A DNA stretch of 64,000 nucleotides, from contig JAIXXC010000269.1 in NCBI GenBank assembly GCA_027490985.1, forward strand, positions 665 to 64,664, in the 5' to 3' direction. This document shows positions 20,580 through 31,228 of the stretch, piece by piece. The notes below the pieces were generated by a model. It ran no database searches, was not told where the DNA came from, and saw only the letters and a program-made list of their open reading frames with translations. How positions within the stretch are numbered: the stretch's first letter is position 1; each line of letters begins with the position of its first letter. Both the position numbers and the translations under genes were made by a program. The DNA comes from Verrucomicrobiales bacterium. Its GTDB lineage: Bacteria; Verrucomicrobiota; Verrucomicrobiia; Limisphaerales; UBA9464.

Positions 20580-23120
20580 GTGCCTCCGTTCGCCGACCCA
20601 CCGGAAACCGCCGATTCGCCCACGGGCCTGCAGCAATTCGTCGTGCCCGACCTCTGGCAACAAAAGGCGGTGTCGGCGCTGAGGGCGGGCAAAGACGTGG
20701 TGATCCACGCCCCCACCGGGGCGGGCAAGACGCTGGTGTTCGAGCTGTGGTCGAAGGCCGGCAAGAACCGAGGTCAGGCGATCTACACGGTGCCGACACG
20801 GGCCCTGGCCAACGACAAGCTCGCCGAATGGCGCGCCCGGGGCTGGAACGTGGGCATCGCCACCGGTGATCTGGCCGAGAACCTCGATGCCCCGATCCTG
20901 GTGGCCACCCTCGAAACGCAGAAGAACCGCCTCATCCGGGGCGATGGCCCCACGCTCCTGGTGGTCGACGAATACCAGATGCTCGGCGACGAAGACCGGG
21001 GCCTGAACTACGAACTGGCCCTGGCGCTGGCCCCGCCCCAGACCCAACTCCTGCTCCTGAGCGGTTCGGTGGCCAACCCGGAACAGGTGGCCCATTGGCT
21101 CCGCCGGCTCGGCCGGTCGGTCGAAGTCGTCCAACACACCGTCCGCCCGGTGCCCCTCGACGAGGTCTTCGCCAACGAACTGAGCTGGCGTCTGCCCCCC
21201 GAGATCCGGGGTTACTGGCCCCGGTTGTGCGCCAAGGCCCTGGCCGAGGGGCTCGGGCCCGTGCTGCTCTTCGCTCCCCGGCGGGCCCACGCCGAAGAAC
21301 TGGCCTCGGATCTGGCCCGACAGCTGCCCTGTCCGCATCCGCTGCAACTCACCGAAGCCCAGAAGCGGCTCGTCGGTGAGCCCCTGGCCAAGATGCTCAA
21401 ATCGCGGGTGGCCTATCACCACAGCGGACTGAGCTACGCCGTGCGCGCCGGGGTCATCGAGCCCCTGACCAAGGCCGGACAACTCCGGGTCGTGGTGGCC
21501 ACCATGGGCTTGGCCGCGGGCATCAATTTCAGCCTCCGCTCCGTGGCGATCACCGCCGCGCAATACAAGCGCGAGGGCCGTGAGATTCCACTGCGCGGCG
21601 ACGAGATCCTCCAGATGTTCGGGCGCGCCGGCCGTCGTGGGCTCGATGAGACCGGGTATGTGCTGGTCAGCGCCAACGAGTTGCGGATGCGCGACGGACA
21701 CCCCTGCGCGCTGGCCCGCTCCGGCATGGTCGATTGGAGCGCCCTGCTGGGTCTCATGGCCGCGGCCGCCGACGCCGGCAAATCCCCGTTCATCGAGGCC
21801 GTCCGGGTCCAACAACGCCTCTTCACCACCAAGCCCATCATCCTCGGCGTGGAAGAGGCGTTGAAACACCCCGACGCCCCGTGTGGCTGGATGACCGACG
21901 CCGAACGGGCGCGCCAGGTGCGCAAGAAAAACCGGGAAATGCTCAATTCGGCCGGAGAGTGGGAACCCTACCCCTTCTGGCAGGAACGCCCCTTGGGCAA
22001 GGTCTGGGTCGCAACGCAAGCCCCGGCCGGCGGACCTGCTTCCGAAACCGGTCCCGAATCCGTGTCCCTCCGGCCCATGGGGCTCAAGTCGGCCCTCACC
22101 GTGCAGGAGGCCCTCGAAAAAGTCGGCCAAGGTGGCCTGACCGCCTTGGAAGAGACCCCCGAAGGCACCCGCTACGGACGTTCGATGATCGTGGCCGACC
22201 GCCTGGCCGACGGGCGCCTGGTCCTGGCCAAGTGGGTGCGAAGACTGACCCAGTGGCACGGCCGCGAGATCAGCCTGGAGGTCTTCACCGAAAACCTCCG
22301 ACCGCTCCTCGAGAAGCACCTGCATCAACAGCGCCTGCCGGTGATTCGCTGGGTCGAGCATGAACAGGCCGTCACGGTGCTGGTGGGCCTGGAACTCCAG
22401 ACCATCAAAGTACCCGTGGATCGGCACGGAGTCGCCCTCTGGCGCCCGAAGGAACGCGAGGTGCTCTCGGCCGTCTGCGCCCGATGCGACTGGACGGACC
22501 TCTGCCGCGGGCTTTCGGCTGCACCCGGCACCGCGCTGACCTGGCGTCGCCTCGGTCTGGTCGATGCCCAGGGCAATCCGACCCGACGCGGCCGGGTGGT
22601 GAGCTTCTTCTCCGGCGGCGATGGACTGGCCATCGCGGCGGCCCTCGAAGACTCCAGCTACCCCCTGGAAGAACTGATCTACGACCTGGCCAACCTCGAT
22701 GCCGGTTTCCGCTTCGCCGCCGACGGCGACCGCTGGGGCGGTCAACTGGCCTATGCCTGCCGCAAGGCCTACGGTCCGGCCTCGATCGAGGGCTATCTGG
22801 AAACCGGTCTGCCGCTCAAATACGGCTGCGGGGCCGAAACGGTCGTGCGGCGCATCCATGAAGATCCGGCCTCGAAAGTGCGTTTCATCACCGAATTCCT
22901 GGGGGCCGGCGACATCGATCGCATGATCATCGAGTGGCGCAGCCTCCTGCGGCAGATCGCCCATGCCGCCCCGCTGGAATGGCCCCGCTGGACCGAACTC
23001 CAGGCCCTCTCCAAAACCCTGCTCCACGAAGTCCATTCCCCCACCGAAACCACGCTCCCGCCGCTGGAATACGCCCAGACCAAACGGATCGACCACCGGC
23101 TGATCCTGCGTCGATCCTGA
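20580..23120 (+). CDS. DEAD/DEAH-box (Ski2-like, DExH) helicase with ~400-aa uncharacterised C-terminal region
   Basis: GTG start. Motif I HAPTGAGKT, motif II VVDEYQMLGD, motif III LLLSGS, motif VI QMFGRAGRRG. The C-terminal half has no motif I recognise. Confidence 0.85.
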   Translation: MPPFADPPETADSPTGLQQFVVPDLWQQKAVSALRAGKDVVIHAPTGAGKTLVFELWSKAGKNRGQAIYTVPTRALANDKLAEWRARGWNVGIATGDLAENLDAPILVATLETQKNRLIRGDGPTLLVVDEYQMLGDEDRGLNYELALALAPPQTQLLLLSGSVANPEQVAHWLRRLGRSVEVVQHTVRPVPLDEVFANELSWRLPPEIRGYWPRLCAKALAEGLGPVLLFAPRRAHAEELASDLARQLPCPHPLQLTEAQKRLVGEPLAKMLKSRVAYHHSGLSYAVRAGVIEPLTKAGQLRVVVATMGLAAGINFSLRSVAITAAQYKREGREIPLRGDEILQMFGRAGRRGLDETGYVLVSANELRMRDGHPCALARSGMVDWSALLGLMAAAADAGKSPFIEAVRVQQRLFTTKPIILGVEEALKHPDAPCGWMTDAERARQVRKKNREMLNSAGEWEPYPFWQERPLGKVWVATQAPAGGPASETGPESVSLRPMGLKSALTVQEALEKVGQGGLTALEETPEGTRYGRSMIVADRLADGRLVLAKWVRRLTQWHGREISLEVFTENLRPLLEKHLHQQRLPVIRWVEHEQAVTVLVGLELQTIKVPVDRHGVALWRPKEREVLSAVCARCDWTDLCRGLSAAPGTALTWRRLGLVDAQGNPTRRGRVVSFFSGGDGLAIAAALEDSSYPLEELIYDLANLDAGFRFAADGDRWGGQLAYACRKAYGPASIEGYLETGLPLKYGCGAETVVRRIHEDPASKVRFITEFLGAGDIDRMIIEWRSLLRQIAHAAPLEWPRWTELQALSKTLLHEVHSPTETTLPPLEYAQTKRIDHRLILRRS

Positions 23121-23191
23121 CCCGAGCCCCGACCCGTGAGTCCCCGGGCACCGAACACCGCCAATCCCACCCGCCCACGAAGCACCCGCCC

Positions 23192-24196
23192 ATGATCTCC
23201 GTGCCACCCCTGCGACCCCGACGCCCCATCGACGGCATCTCCGCCGTGCTCCTGCCCTTCCAGGCCGACGGACGCCCCGACCGTGAGTCCTGGGCGGCGT
23301 TGGTCGAACGGACCTGGGCGGCCGGCCTGACTCCGGCCGTGAACATGGACACCGGCTACGCGAACCTGCTGAGCGCCTCCGAACGGGGCGAGTTTCTCGC
23401 CGAAGCCGGCCGGATGTCCCGCGGTCGGCGGTTCGTGGCCGGCGCGTACATCGAGGGGCTGACCGGCGATCCGGCTTCGCTGTACGCCCGCGAGGCGAGC
23501 GCCATCCATTCGGCCGGCGGCACCCCCATCCTCTTCCCCTGCTCGACCACCCAGCATTGGGATCGCGAGCAGACCGTGGCGCTGTTCCAGGCCATCGGCC
23601 GGGCCGTGCCGCAATTCCTCGGTTTCGAACTCGGCACCATGTTCGTTCCCTTCGGCCGCATCTGGGATCTCGACACCTTCCGAGCGCTGCTCGAGGTGCC
23701 GCAACTCGTCGGAGCCAAACACAGCTCGCTCAGCCGGGATCTGGAATGGCAACGACTGACGGTGCGTGACGCGGTCCGACCCGAATTCCGGGTGTACACG
23801 GGCAACGATCTGGCCATCGACCTCGTCCAGTGGGGCAGCGATTACCTGCTGGGCCTATCGGCCTTCCATGTGGAGGCCTTCGCGGCCCGCGATCGGGCCT
23901 GGGCCCGGGGCGACGGTCGATTCTTCGAATTGAACGACTGGTTGCAGTACCTGGGCATGATCGCCTTCCGCGCTCCGGTGCCCGCCTACAAACACACCTG
24001 CGCCCAGTTCCTCAAGCTGCGGGGTGTCATTCCCTGCGACGCGCCACACCCGCGGGGAGCCCGCCGTCCCGATTCCGACCTCCCGCTCCTGCAGCCCATC
24101 GCCGAGCACCTCGAAGCCCTCACCGCCGAGTGCGCCAGCGACTCGGCCCCCGTCCCCAGCACCGTAGCTCAAGACATCGGCCTGAAAAACCAGTAG
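23192..24196 (+). CDS. Dihydrodipicolinate synthase/N-acetylneuraminate lyase-family (class I aldolase-like) protein
   Basis: From ATG 23192: ISAVLLPFQADGRPD...AAGLTPAVNMDTGYANLLSASER...VGAKHSS (candidate Schiff-base Lys). TIM-barrel DHDPS-like pattern with a divergent GTTGE region. The specific function is unknown. Confidence 0.65.
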   Translation: MISVPPLRPRRPIDGISAVLLPFQADGRPDRESWAALVERTWAAGLTPAVNMDTGYANLLSASERGEFLAEAGRMSRGRRFVAGAYIEGLTGDPASLYAREASAIHSAGGTPILFPCSTTQHWDREQTVALFQAIGRAVPQFLGFELGTMFVPFGRIWDLDTFRALLEVPQLVGAKHSSLSRDLEWQRLTVRDAVRPEFRVYTGNDLAIDLVQWGSDYLLGLSAFHVEAFAARDRAWARGDGRFFELNDWLQYLGMIAFRAPVPAYKHTCAQFLKLRGVIPCDAPHPRGARRPDSDLPLLQPIAEHLEALTAECASDSAPVPSTVAQDIGLKNQ

Positions 24197-24207
24197 GCTC
24201 CGCCGCG

Positions 24208-25812
24208 ATGCCGGACATCGTCCTGTCCACCCTCAACGCGAAGTACCTCCACGCCTCCTTCGGGTTGCGCTGTCTCATGGCCAACCTCGGGGAGTTGCGA
24301 CCGCGGGCCGCGATCCTCGAGTTCGACATCAATCAACGCCCCCTCGACATCGCCGAGGCGCTGCTCGAGGCGAACCCGCGCCTCCTCGGACTGGGCGTGT
24401 ACGTCTGGAACGCGGGCCCCACCCTCGAACTGCTGGGCATCCTGCGCCGCCTCAGGCCCGACCTCATCGTGGTGCTGGGCGGGCCCGAGGTCAGCTACGA
24501 GTGGGACCGCCAACCCCTGGTGGGCCTCGCCGATCACGTGATCACCGGTGAGGCCGACCTGGCCTTCGCCACGCTGTGCCGGGACCTGCTCTCGGACACC
24601 GCCCCCCGACCTCCCAAACTCATCGCCGCTCCGGTGCCCGATGTGGCCGGCTTGACCCTGCCGTACGACCTGTACGAGGACCGCGATCTGGAACATCGCG
24701 TCGTCTACGTCGAGGCCTCCCGGGGTTGCCCCTTCACCTGCGAGTTCTGCCTGAGCTCGCTGGAGATCCCCGTGCGGCAATTCCCGCTCGAGCCCTTCTT
24801 GTCGGCCATGCAACGGCTGCACGACCGGGGCCTGCGTCGGTTCAAGTTCGTGGACCGCACGTTCAACCTGAATCTGGCCACCAGCCGACGCATCCTCGAG
24901 TTCTTCCTCGAGCGCCTGAGTCCCGAACTCTTCGTCCATTTCGAGATGATCCCCGACCGGTTGCCGGCGGAACTGCGGGAACTCATCGCCCGATTCCCGG
25001 CGGGCACCCTGCAATTCGAGGTGGGCATCCAGACCTTCGATCGGCAGGTCGAGGCCCGGATCAGCCGACGCCAGAATCACGAGCGCTTGGACGACAACTT
25101 CCGATGGCTCCGGCAGCACAGCGGCGTGCACCTGCATGCCGACCTGATCGCGGGACTCCCGGGCGAGACCCTGGAATCGTTCGGGAAGGGCTTCGATCGC
25201 CTGATCGGACTCGGGCCCCAGGAGATCCAGGTCGGCATCCTCAAGCGCCTGCGCGGCACGCCGATCATCCGGCACGATGTCGAGTGGCAGATGGTCTACA
25301 ATCCGCACCCGCCCTATGAGGTGCTTTCCACCCGCACCATGGACTTCGCCACGCTGGCCCGACTGCGACGGTTTGCGAAGTTCTGGGACCTCTTCGGCAA
25401 CAGCGGCAATTTCGTGGAAAGCCTGCCGATGCTGTGGAACACGCCGGTTGCATCCGAATCCGGCCCCGACCGCCCGGCCAGTCCTGACAGCCCAGAAACC
25501 GACCCTGCGCCCGGTTCGGCCTTCCGGGCCATGCTCGCCTGGAGCGATTGGCTGCACTCGCAGGGCGTGAAAGGCCACGGCATTGCGCTGCCCCGCCAAT
25601 ATGAACTGCTCTGGCGCGGGGCGACCGAGGTGTTCGGAATCCCCTCCGCCACGTTCGGATCCGCGCTGGCACGGGACTATCGACGACCGGGACGGGCCGA
25701 CCTGCCCTCCTGGCTCGCGCCCTATGCCGGAGTCGAATCCACCCCGCGCCGGGCGGGCCGCCTGCCCCGCCGACAAGCCCGCCATCTGGGGGCGACGGTG
25801 TCTGCGGACTGA
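24208..25812 (+). CDS. B12-binding-domain radical SAM protein (DUF4080-type C-terminus)
   Basis: From ATG 24208 there is an N-terminal B12-binding-like domain (LSTLNAKYLHASFGLRCL...LGLGVYVWN), then the radical SAM cluster motif ASRGCPFTCEFC. It starts 12 nt after the preceding gene. Confidence 0.8.
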   Translation: MPDIVLSTLNAKYLHASFGLRCLMANLGELRPRAAILEFDINQRPLDIAEALLEANPRLLGLGVYVWNAGPTLELLGILRRLRPDLIVVLGGPEVSYEWDRQPLVGLADHVITGEADLAFATLCRDLLSDTAPRPPKLIAAPVPDVAGLTLPYDLYEDRDLEHRVVYVEASRGCPFTCEFCLSSLEIPVRQFPLEPFLSAMQRLHDRGLRRFKFVDRTFNLNLATSRRILEFFLERLSPELFVHFEMIPDRLPAELRELIARFPAGTLQFEVGIQTFDRQVEARISRRQNHERLDDNFRWLRQHSGVHLHADLIAGLPGETLESFGKGFDRLIGLGPQEIQVGILKRLRGTPIIRHDVEWQMVYNPHPPYEVLSTRTMDFATLARLRRFAKFWDLFGNSGNFVESLPMLWNTPVASESGPDRPASPDSPETDPAPGSAFRAMLAWSDWLHSQGVKGHGIALPRQYELLWRGATEVFGIPSATFGSALARDYRRPGRADLPSWLAPYAGVESTPRRAGRLPRRQARHLGATVSAD

Positions 25813-25831
25813 GGCGGAACGATCGAGCGCC

Positions 25832-27034
25832 TCATGGGTGCTGCGCCACCGGACGGTACCAGTTGTCGCGTTGCACCGGCTCGAATCCCAGTTCGCTGAT
25901 GAGACGTTTCATGTCGGCCACGCCCATGCGGAAGGTGGTCCCCGCCGAGCTCACCACGTTCTCTTCGATCATGATCGAGCCGAGATCGTTGGCTCCATGC
26001 AGCAAGGCCACCTGCCCCACCTCGGGCCCCTGGGTCACCCACGAACTCTGCACGCTCGGGATGTTGTCGAGATAGATCCGGGCCAGGGCCTGCATGCGCA
26101 GGTATTCGTGGGATCCGACGGTCGTGGCCTTGAGGACGGTGTTCTCGGGCTGGAAGGTCCAGGCGATGAAGGCCGTGAAGGCGCCGCCGTTGATCCGTCC
26201 GAGCTCCATCGCCTCGGCATAGGCCGCCGACCGGTCTGCGGGAGACGGGCCGGTCGTCAAGCGACCCGAGTCCACCAATCGCTGCAGCGACACATCCTGT
26301 TGGGCGCGAACCACCTCCAGATGCTGGATGCGCTCCTCCACGGTTTCCACGTGTCCGAACATCATGGTCACCGAACTGGCCAGACCCAGACGATGGGCGA
26401 TGTCCATCACTCCCATCCACTGGGCGGTGTTCGCCTTGAGCGGAGCGATGCGCTGGCGGACCCGGTCGACGAGGATCTCGCCGCCGCCGCCGGGCAGGCT
26501 GCCCAACCCGGCCGCCACGAAATCCCGGAGCACCGTCTCGACCGGTTCGTTGAAGAACTCGGAGAAGGCCACGAACTCGCTGGGACTGAACCCGTGGACA
26601 TTGAATCCCGGGTACTTCGTGCGGACGTGATGCAGCAAATCCAGATACCATTGCTTGGTCAGCTTGGGGTGATGACCGCCCTGCATGAGCATCTGGGTGC
26701 CGCCAAGGGCCAGGGTTTCCTCGATCTTCCGATCGAGCTCCTCCAGCGTGATCACATAGGAGTCGGCGTCCTTCTCGGTCCGCCAGAAGGCGCAGAACTT
26801 GCAATACACATTGCATACGTTGGTGTAGTTGACGTTCCGGTCCACGATGTAGGACACGGTCTCGGCCCCGCGACCCGCATGCGTCCGGCTCCGGGCCAGC
26901 CGACGACGTCGGTCGGCCAGGGCGCCCAACTCCGACAAGGGCAATCCGTACAAGGCCAACGCCTCCGCTGCGTCGATCCGCCCGCCCTCCCAGACGCGCT
27001 GCAACAACTCATCCCGCGAAGCATCCAACACCAT
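25832..27034 (-). CDS. Radical SAM enzyme of the futalosine menaquinone pathway (MqnC/MqnE family)
   Basis: 400 aa. VDRNVNYTNVCNVYCKFCAFWR (CxxxCxxC), GGTQMLMQGGHHP, and GLGSLPGGGGEIL are typical of the CofH/MqnC/MqnE group. I cannot separate MqnC from MqnE by eye. Confidence 0.8.
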   Translation of the reverse strand: MVLDASRDELLQRVWEGGRIDAAEALALYGLPLSELGALADRRRRLARSRTHAGRGAETVSYIVDRNVNYTNVCNVYCKFCAFWRTEKDADSYVITLEELDRKIEETLALGGTQMLMQGGHHPKLTKQWYLDLLHHVRTKYPGFNVHGFSPSEFVAFSEFFNEPVETVLRDFVAAGLGSLPGGGGEILVDRVRQRIAPLKANTAQWMGVMDIAHRLGLASSVTMMFGHVETVEERIQHLEVVRAQQDVSLQRLVDSGRLTTGPSPADRSAAYAEAMELGRINGGAFTAFIAWTFQPENTVLKATTVGSHEYLRMQALARIYLDNIPSVQSSWVTQGPEVGQVALLHGANDLGSIMIEENVVSSAGTTFRMGVADMKRLISELGFEPVQRDNWYRPVAQHP

Positions 27035-27211
27035 GGACCGACCCTACCGCTGAACCGCCCAAGGACAAGCAAACCGAGCCTGATCGGAGCTTCCGACCAT
27101 CGCGCGGCCCGGCCAGGGTGGGCCCAGCACCCTCCACCTCCCGGGAAGTCATCGCGCTGACGGTTGGGGCGCGCCTTTACCCCGGATGGGCATCCGCTAC
27201 TCTCAGGGGCA

Positions 27212-28213
27212 ATGGCCTCGCCGTTGTTGTTCCTCGCCCTGCTGTCGGCTGGATTCGCCGTCATGGCGGAAGCCACGTCGTCGGGCACAACCGCCCCCCT
27301 GACCGGGAATCCGCATCCCGGCATGAGCGGGGCTTCGGCCGCGATCTTCCTGGATGCCGGACGGGTGGTGGTGGCCAGCGACGAAGACAATCGATTGCGC
27401 GTCTACGATCCGTCGACGAGTCAACCGCCGATCACCGCCTGGGACGCCTCACCTTGGCTGCGCCTGAGCGGTCGCAATCTCGAATGCGATCTGGAGGGAG
27501 CCGCCCGGGTGGGCCACCGGATCTACTGGATCGGCTCCCACGGTCGGAACAAGGACGGCAAGTACCGCCCCAATCGGCACCGCTTCTTTGCGACCGAAGT
27601 GGAGGAGACTCCCCAGGGTCCGCGGTTGCGCAGCGTGGGCACCCCCTGCTTCAGCCTGATCGACGCGATGCAAGCCGACCCGAAACTGGCCGCGCTCCAT
27701 CTCGACGACGCCGCCGCGCTGGCCCCGGATGCCAAGGGCGGACTCAGCATCGAGGCGCTCGCGGCCCGACCCGACGGCTCGCTGTGGATCGGTTTCCGCG
27801 GCCCCTTGGCCAAGGGCAAGGCCATCCTGGTGCCCCTGCTCAACCCCGACGCGGTCCTCGAAGGCCGCTCTCCGAGCTTCGGATCGCCGACCCGGCTCGA
27901 CCTCGGTGGGCGCGGTCTGCGCGACATGACCTGGACCGGATCGGAGTGGATTCTGGTCGCGGGCGCCACCAGCGGAGGCCAGAAAGGCACCCGCCTCTTC
28001 CGGTGGAGCGGTCAGGGATCCTCTCCCCGCGCCCTGGATCTTCCCGGGCTCAAAGACCTCCACATCGAAGCGGTCGCGGTCCCACCGGAGCAACCGGTTC
28101 GCCGCCTGTTCCTGTGCAGCGACGACAGCCATCGGCATTCGCCCGGAACCCCGTCCTTCCGCAGTTACTGGGTCGACCTGCCGGTATCCGCGCAGGCCGA
28201 TCCGGGGCGCTGA
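27212..28213 (+). CDS. Secreted DUF3616-like protein
   Basis: ATG 27212 gives the signal peptide MASPLLFLALLSAGFAVMA. ECDLEGAARVGHRIYWIGSHGRNKDGKYRPNRHRFFATEV and SIEALAARPDGSLWIGFRGPL resemble the DUF3616 family as I recall it. Confidence 0.6.
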   Translation: MASPLLFLALLSAGFAVMAEATSSGTTAPLTGNPHPGMSGASAAIFLDAGRVVVASDEDNRLRVYDPSTSQPPITAWDASPWLRLSGRNLECDLEGAARVGHRIYWIGSHGRNKDGKYRPNRHRFFATEVEETPQGPRLRSVGTPCFSLIDAMQADPKLAALHLDDAAALAPDAKGGLSIEALAARPDGSLWIGFRGPLAKGKAILVPLLNPDAVLEGRSPSFGSPTRLDLGGRGLRDMTWTGSEWILVAGATSGGQKGTRLFRWSGQGSSPRALDLPGLKDLHIEAVAVPPEQPVRRLFLCSDDSHRHSPGTPSFRSYWVDLPVSAQADPGR

Positions 28214-28280
28214 TTCTGGCGACGGGTTGGAATGGGGGGCTCCCCATCCAGCCTCCCGCTCGCGCCCCCCCGGATGGGAT

Positions 28281-29297
28281 CTACAGCAACCGCCCCTGCC
28301 CCGTGCGACCCATCGACAGCCCCAGCTTGCGGTAGGCCTTCTCGGTACAGATCCGGCCCTGGGGAGTGCGTTGGATGTAGCCCTCGAGAATCAGGTAGGG
28401 TTCGTACACCTCTTCGATGGTGTCGGGTTCTTCACCCACCGCCACCGCCAGCGAACTCACTCCGACGGGGCCTCCCCCGAACTTCACGATCACCGACTCG
28501 AGGATGCGCGTGTCCATCTCGTCGAGTCCGTCCTTGTCGATTTCAAGGATCTCGAGGGCCTTGTTGGCGATCTCCTCGGTGATCCGACCATCGGCCCGCA
28601 CCTGCGCATAATCGCGAACCCGTCGCAGGAGATTGCCCGCGATGCGCGGGGTGCCGCGGCTCCGGCGGGCGATCTCCATGGCCCCCAGAGGCTCGGTGTC
28701 GACCCCCATCAATCCGGCTCCCCGTTGTACGATCCCCTGCAACTGCGTGGCCGTGTAGTAATCCAATCGCTCCCGGATGCCGAACCGGGTCAGCAACGGG
28801 GCGCTGAGCAGGCCGCTGCGCGTGGTGGCGCCGATGAGGGTGAAGCGCGGGAGACTCAAGCGGACACTGCGGGCGTTGGGCCCCTGGTCGATGATGATGT
28901 CGAGCTTGAAGTCCTCCATGGCCGGATAGAGGTACTCCTCGATGGTCTTCTGGAGCCGGTGGATCTCGTCGATGAAGAGCACGTCGCCTTCGGAGAGATT
29001 CGTCAGCAACCCCGCCAGATCGGCCGCCTTTTCGATGGTCGGACCGCTGGTGGCCCGCATCGTCCCGCCCATGGCTCCGGCCAGGATGTTGGCGATGGTG
29101 GTCTTGCCCAGACCCGGAGGCCCGCTCAAGAGGATGTGGTCGAGGGGCTCCTTGCGCCGCAGGGCCGCTTCCACGGCGATCTCCAACCGCTCCTTGACCT
29201 TGGCCTGCCCCGTGAAGTCCGCGAAGGCGGCCGGCCGCAGGGCCACCTCGAGGGTGGCATCCGCCTTGTTCAGTGAATTCAGCGCGCGCTCGGCCAT
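28281..29297 (-). CDS. ruvB: Holliday junction branch migration ATPase RuvB
   Basis: From ATG 29297: [19 protein letters not shown]..., Walker [24 protein letters not shown], sensor and winged-helix regions. Track ORF 28281-29846 is over-extended. Confidence 0.95.
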   Translation of the reverse strand: MAERALNSLNKADATLEVALRPAAFADFTGQAKVKERLEIAVEAALRRKEPLDHILLSGPPGLGKTTIANILAGAMGGTMRATSGPTIEKAADLAGLLTNLSEGDVLFIDEIHRLQKTIEEYLYPAMEDFKLDIIIDQGPNARSVRLSLPRFTLIGATTRSGLLSAPLLTRFGIRERLDYYTATQLQGIVQRGAGLMGVDTEPLGAMEIARRSRGTPRIAGNLLRRVRDYAQVRADGRITEEIANKALEILEIDKDGLDEMDTRILESVIVKFGGGPVGVSSLAVAVGEEPDTIEEVYEPYLILEGYIQRTPQGRICTEKAYRKLGLSMGRTGQGRLL

Positions 29298-29550
29298 GCG
29301 CCCCCAGTTTGGGACTCCCGGCCTTCCGGGCGAGGAGTTTTGCGGGAATTGAACGACCTCGATCGGCCGGGCGATCCGATCAGAGTGATCCCACCAGGGC
29401 CGCGAAGAACCCTCTACCCTCATCCCGGTTCCGGGTCCGCCCGGATTCCCGTGAACACCAACACCCTCGCCGACGTCCGAATCCGGCATCCGGGATTGTC
29501 CGAAACGCCACTCCATGGCAGGAATGCCCATCCCGTAGGATCCGTTTGCT

Positions 29551-31221
29551 GTGACGTTTGAACACCTGCTGCGGAAGAACGCCCTTCTTCCCGAAGACAA
29601 GATCGCCGAGGCCAAACACCTGGAGGCCGCCGAAGGGCTGCGCCTCGACCGGGCCGTGGTGCAGCTCGGGCTGATGACCGAACGTGCGGTGCTCACGATC
29701 ATGGCCGAGCAGCTGATGCTGCCCTTGCTCGATTTGTCGGCCACCGAGATCCCCTCCGACATCCTCCAGTCGCTGACCACCAAGGTGGTGTTCCGCAAGC
29801 GCATCGTGCCCATCGCCCGCGAAGGCAACACCCTGCGCGTGGCCACCTGCGATCCCTTCGACCTCTATGCGATGGACGATGTGCGGATGACCACCGGGTT
29901 GCAGATCGACACGGTCCTGGCCACCAAGGACGACATCGAGAAGCTCATCAAGACCCACTACGGATTGGGTGGCGACACGCTCGACGAACTGGCCGCCAAC
30001 GACGATGAACCCAGTGGCCCCGTCTCCGGGGGTGGCGGCGAAGACCTGCTGGAGATGGCGCAGGAGGCCTCGGTCATCCGACTGGTCAACGAAATCATCG
30101 TCGAGGCCGTGCATGAGCGCGCCAGCGACATCCACATCGAGCCCTACGAGCACCAGATGGCCATCCGGTACCGGATCGACGGTGTGCTGCACGAGGCCTC
30201 GGTGCCGCCCCAGATGAACCGGTTTCAGGCGGCCATCATCTCGCGCATCAAGATCCTGGCGAATCTGAATATCGCCGAGCGGCGCATCCCGCAGGATGGC
30301 CGCATCAAGTTCAACGTGGGCGGCCGGCAGATCGACGTCCGCGTCTCGGTGATCCCCATGTTGTTCGGCGAGGGCGTGGTCATGCGTCTGCTCGACAAGG
30401 CCAACGTGCTCTTCACCCTGCCCCAGCTGGGCATGGATCCCGAAACGTACGGCCGATTCCGGGGCCTCATCGAACGCCCCCACGGGATCGTCCTGGTCAC
30501 CGGCCCCACCGGTTCCGGCAAAACCACGACCCTCTACGCCTCGCTCAACGAAATCGTCGGCCCCACCCTCAAGGTGCTCACCGTCGAAGACCCGGTCGAA
30601 TACCACCTGCAGGGCGTAAACCAGATTCCCGTCGACCACAAGGTGGGCATGACCTTCGAGGCCGGCTTGCGGGCCATCCTGCGTCACGACCCGGATGTGG
30701 TGATGATCGGCGAAATCCGCGATGTGGAGACCGCGCGGGCGGCCATTCAGGCCTCGCTGACGGGCCATCTGGTGCTGTCCACACTGCACACCAACGACTC
30801 GGCCTCGGCAGCCACCCGTTTGATCGACATGGGTGTGGAACCCTTCCTCATCGCCAGCAGTCTGGCCGGGGCCATGGCCCAGCGCCTGGTGCGCAAGATC
30901 TGCTCCAAGTGCCGGGCTCCCTACACGCCCGACCATTCCAAATTCCCGCGCGATTTCTCCCTGGAACCCGGCGCCCAACTCTATCGGGGCGAAGGTTGTG
31001 ACCACTGCCGCAAAACCGGTTATCGCGGACGCTCCGGCCTCTACGAACTGCTCTGCATCGACGAGGAGATCGCCCAGATGATCGTCGCCCGGGAGTCGGC
31101 TCCCAAGATCATCCAGTCGGGGCGCCGCACCGGCCTGCGCCTGCTCCGCGAAGACGGCTGGATGAAGGTCCGCCAGGGCATCACCTCGGTGGACGAAGTC
31201 CTCACCTGCACCGCCCTCTGA
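29551..31221 (+). CDS. GspE/PilB-family secretion ATPase (type II secretion / type IV pilus assembly)
   Basis: GTG start. N-terminal T2SSE_N-like domain, Walker [15 protein letters not shown], Asp/His boxes, and the tetracysteine motif CSKCRAPY...[12 protein letters not shown]. Confidence 0.9.
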   Translation: MTFEHLLRKNALLPEDKIAEAKHLEAAEGLRLDRAVVQLGLMTERAVLTIMAEQLMLPLLDLSATEIPSDILQSLTTKVVFRKRIVPIAREGNTLRVATCDPFDLYAMDDVRMTTGLQIDTVLATKDDIEKLIKTHYGLGGDTLDELAANDDEPSGPVSGGGGEDLLEMAQEASVIRLVNEIIVEAVHERASDIHIEPYEHQMAIRYRIDGVLHEASVPPQMNRFQAAIISRIKILANLNIAERRIPQDGRIKFNVGGRQIDVRVSVIPMLFGEGVVMRLLDKANVLFTLPQLGMDPETYGRFRGLIERPHGIVLVTGPTGSGKTTTLYASLNEIVGPTLKVLTVEDPVEYHLQGVNQIPVDHKVGMTFEAGLRAILRHDPDVVMIGEIRDVETARAAIQASLTGHLVLSTLHTNDSASAATRLIDMGVEPFLIASSLAGAMAQRLVRKICSKCRAPYTPDHSKFPRDFSLEPGAQLYRGEGCDHCRKTGYRGRSGLYELLCIDEEIAQMIVARESAPKIIQSGRRTGLRLLREDGWMKVRQGITSVDEVLTCTAL

Positions 31222-31228
31222 AACGGCC

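Noticed and set aside
20457-23207. 916-aa ORF on the - strand
   Set aside because: It is antisense to the DExH helicase gene, which has clear helicase motifs. The composition is the typical GC-artefact pattern (G/R/A/P-rich), and no motif is recognisable.
28281-29846. Long N-terminal extensions in the ORF track (ruvB to 29846, proB to 20764, fliP to 9823, actP from 35921, rSAM from 23830, DHDPS-like from 22934, ssb to 41667, L25 to 44216, DevA ATPase to 53141)
   Set aside because: In each case the conserved family N-terminus or signal peptide begins at an internal ATG/GTG. The upstream part overlaps a neighbouring gene or is low-complexity, so the starts were trimmed rather than reported as unusual fusions.
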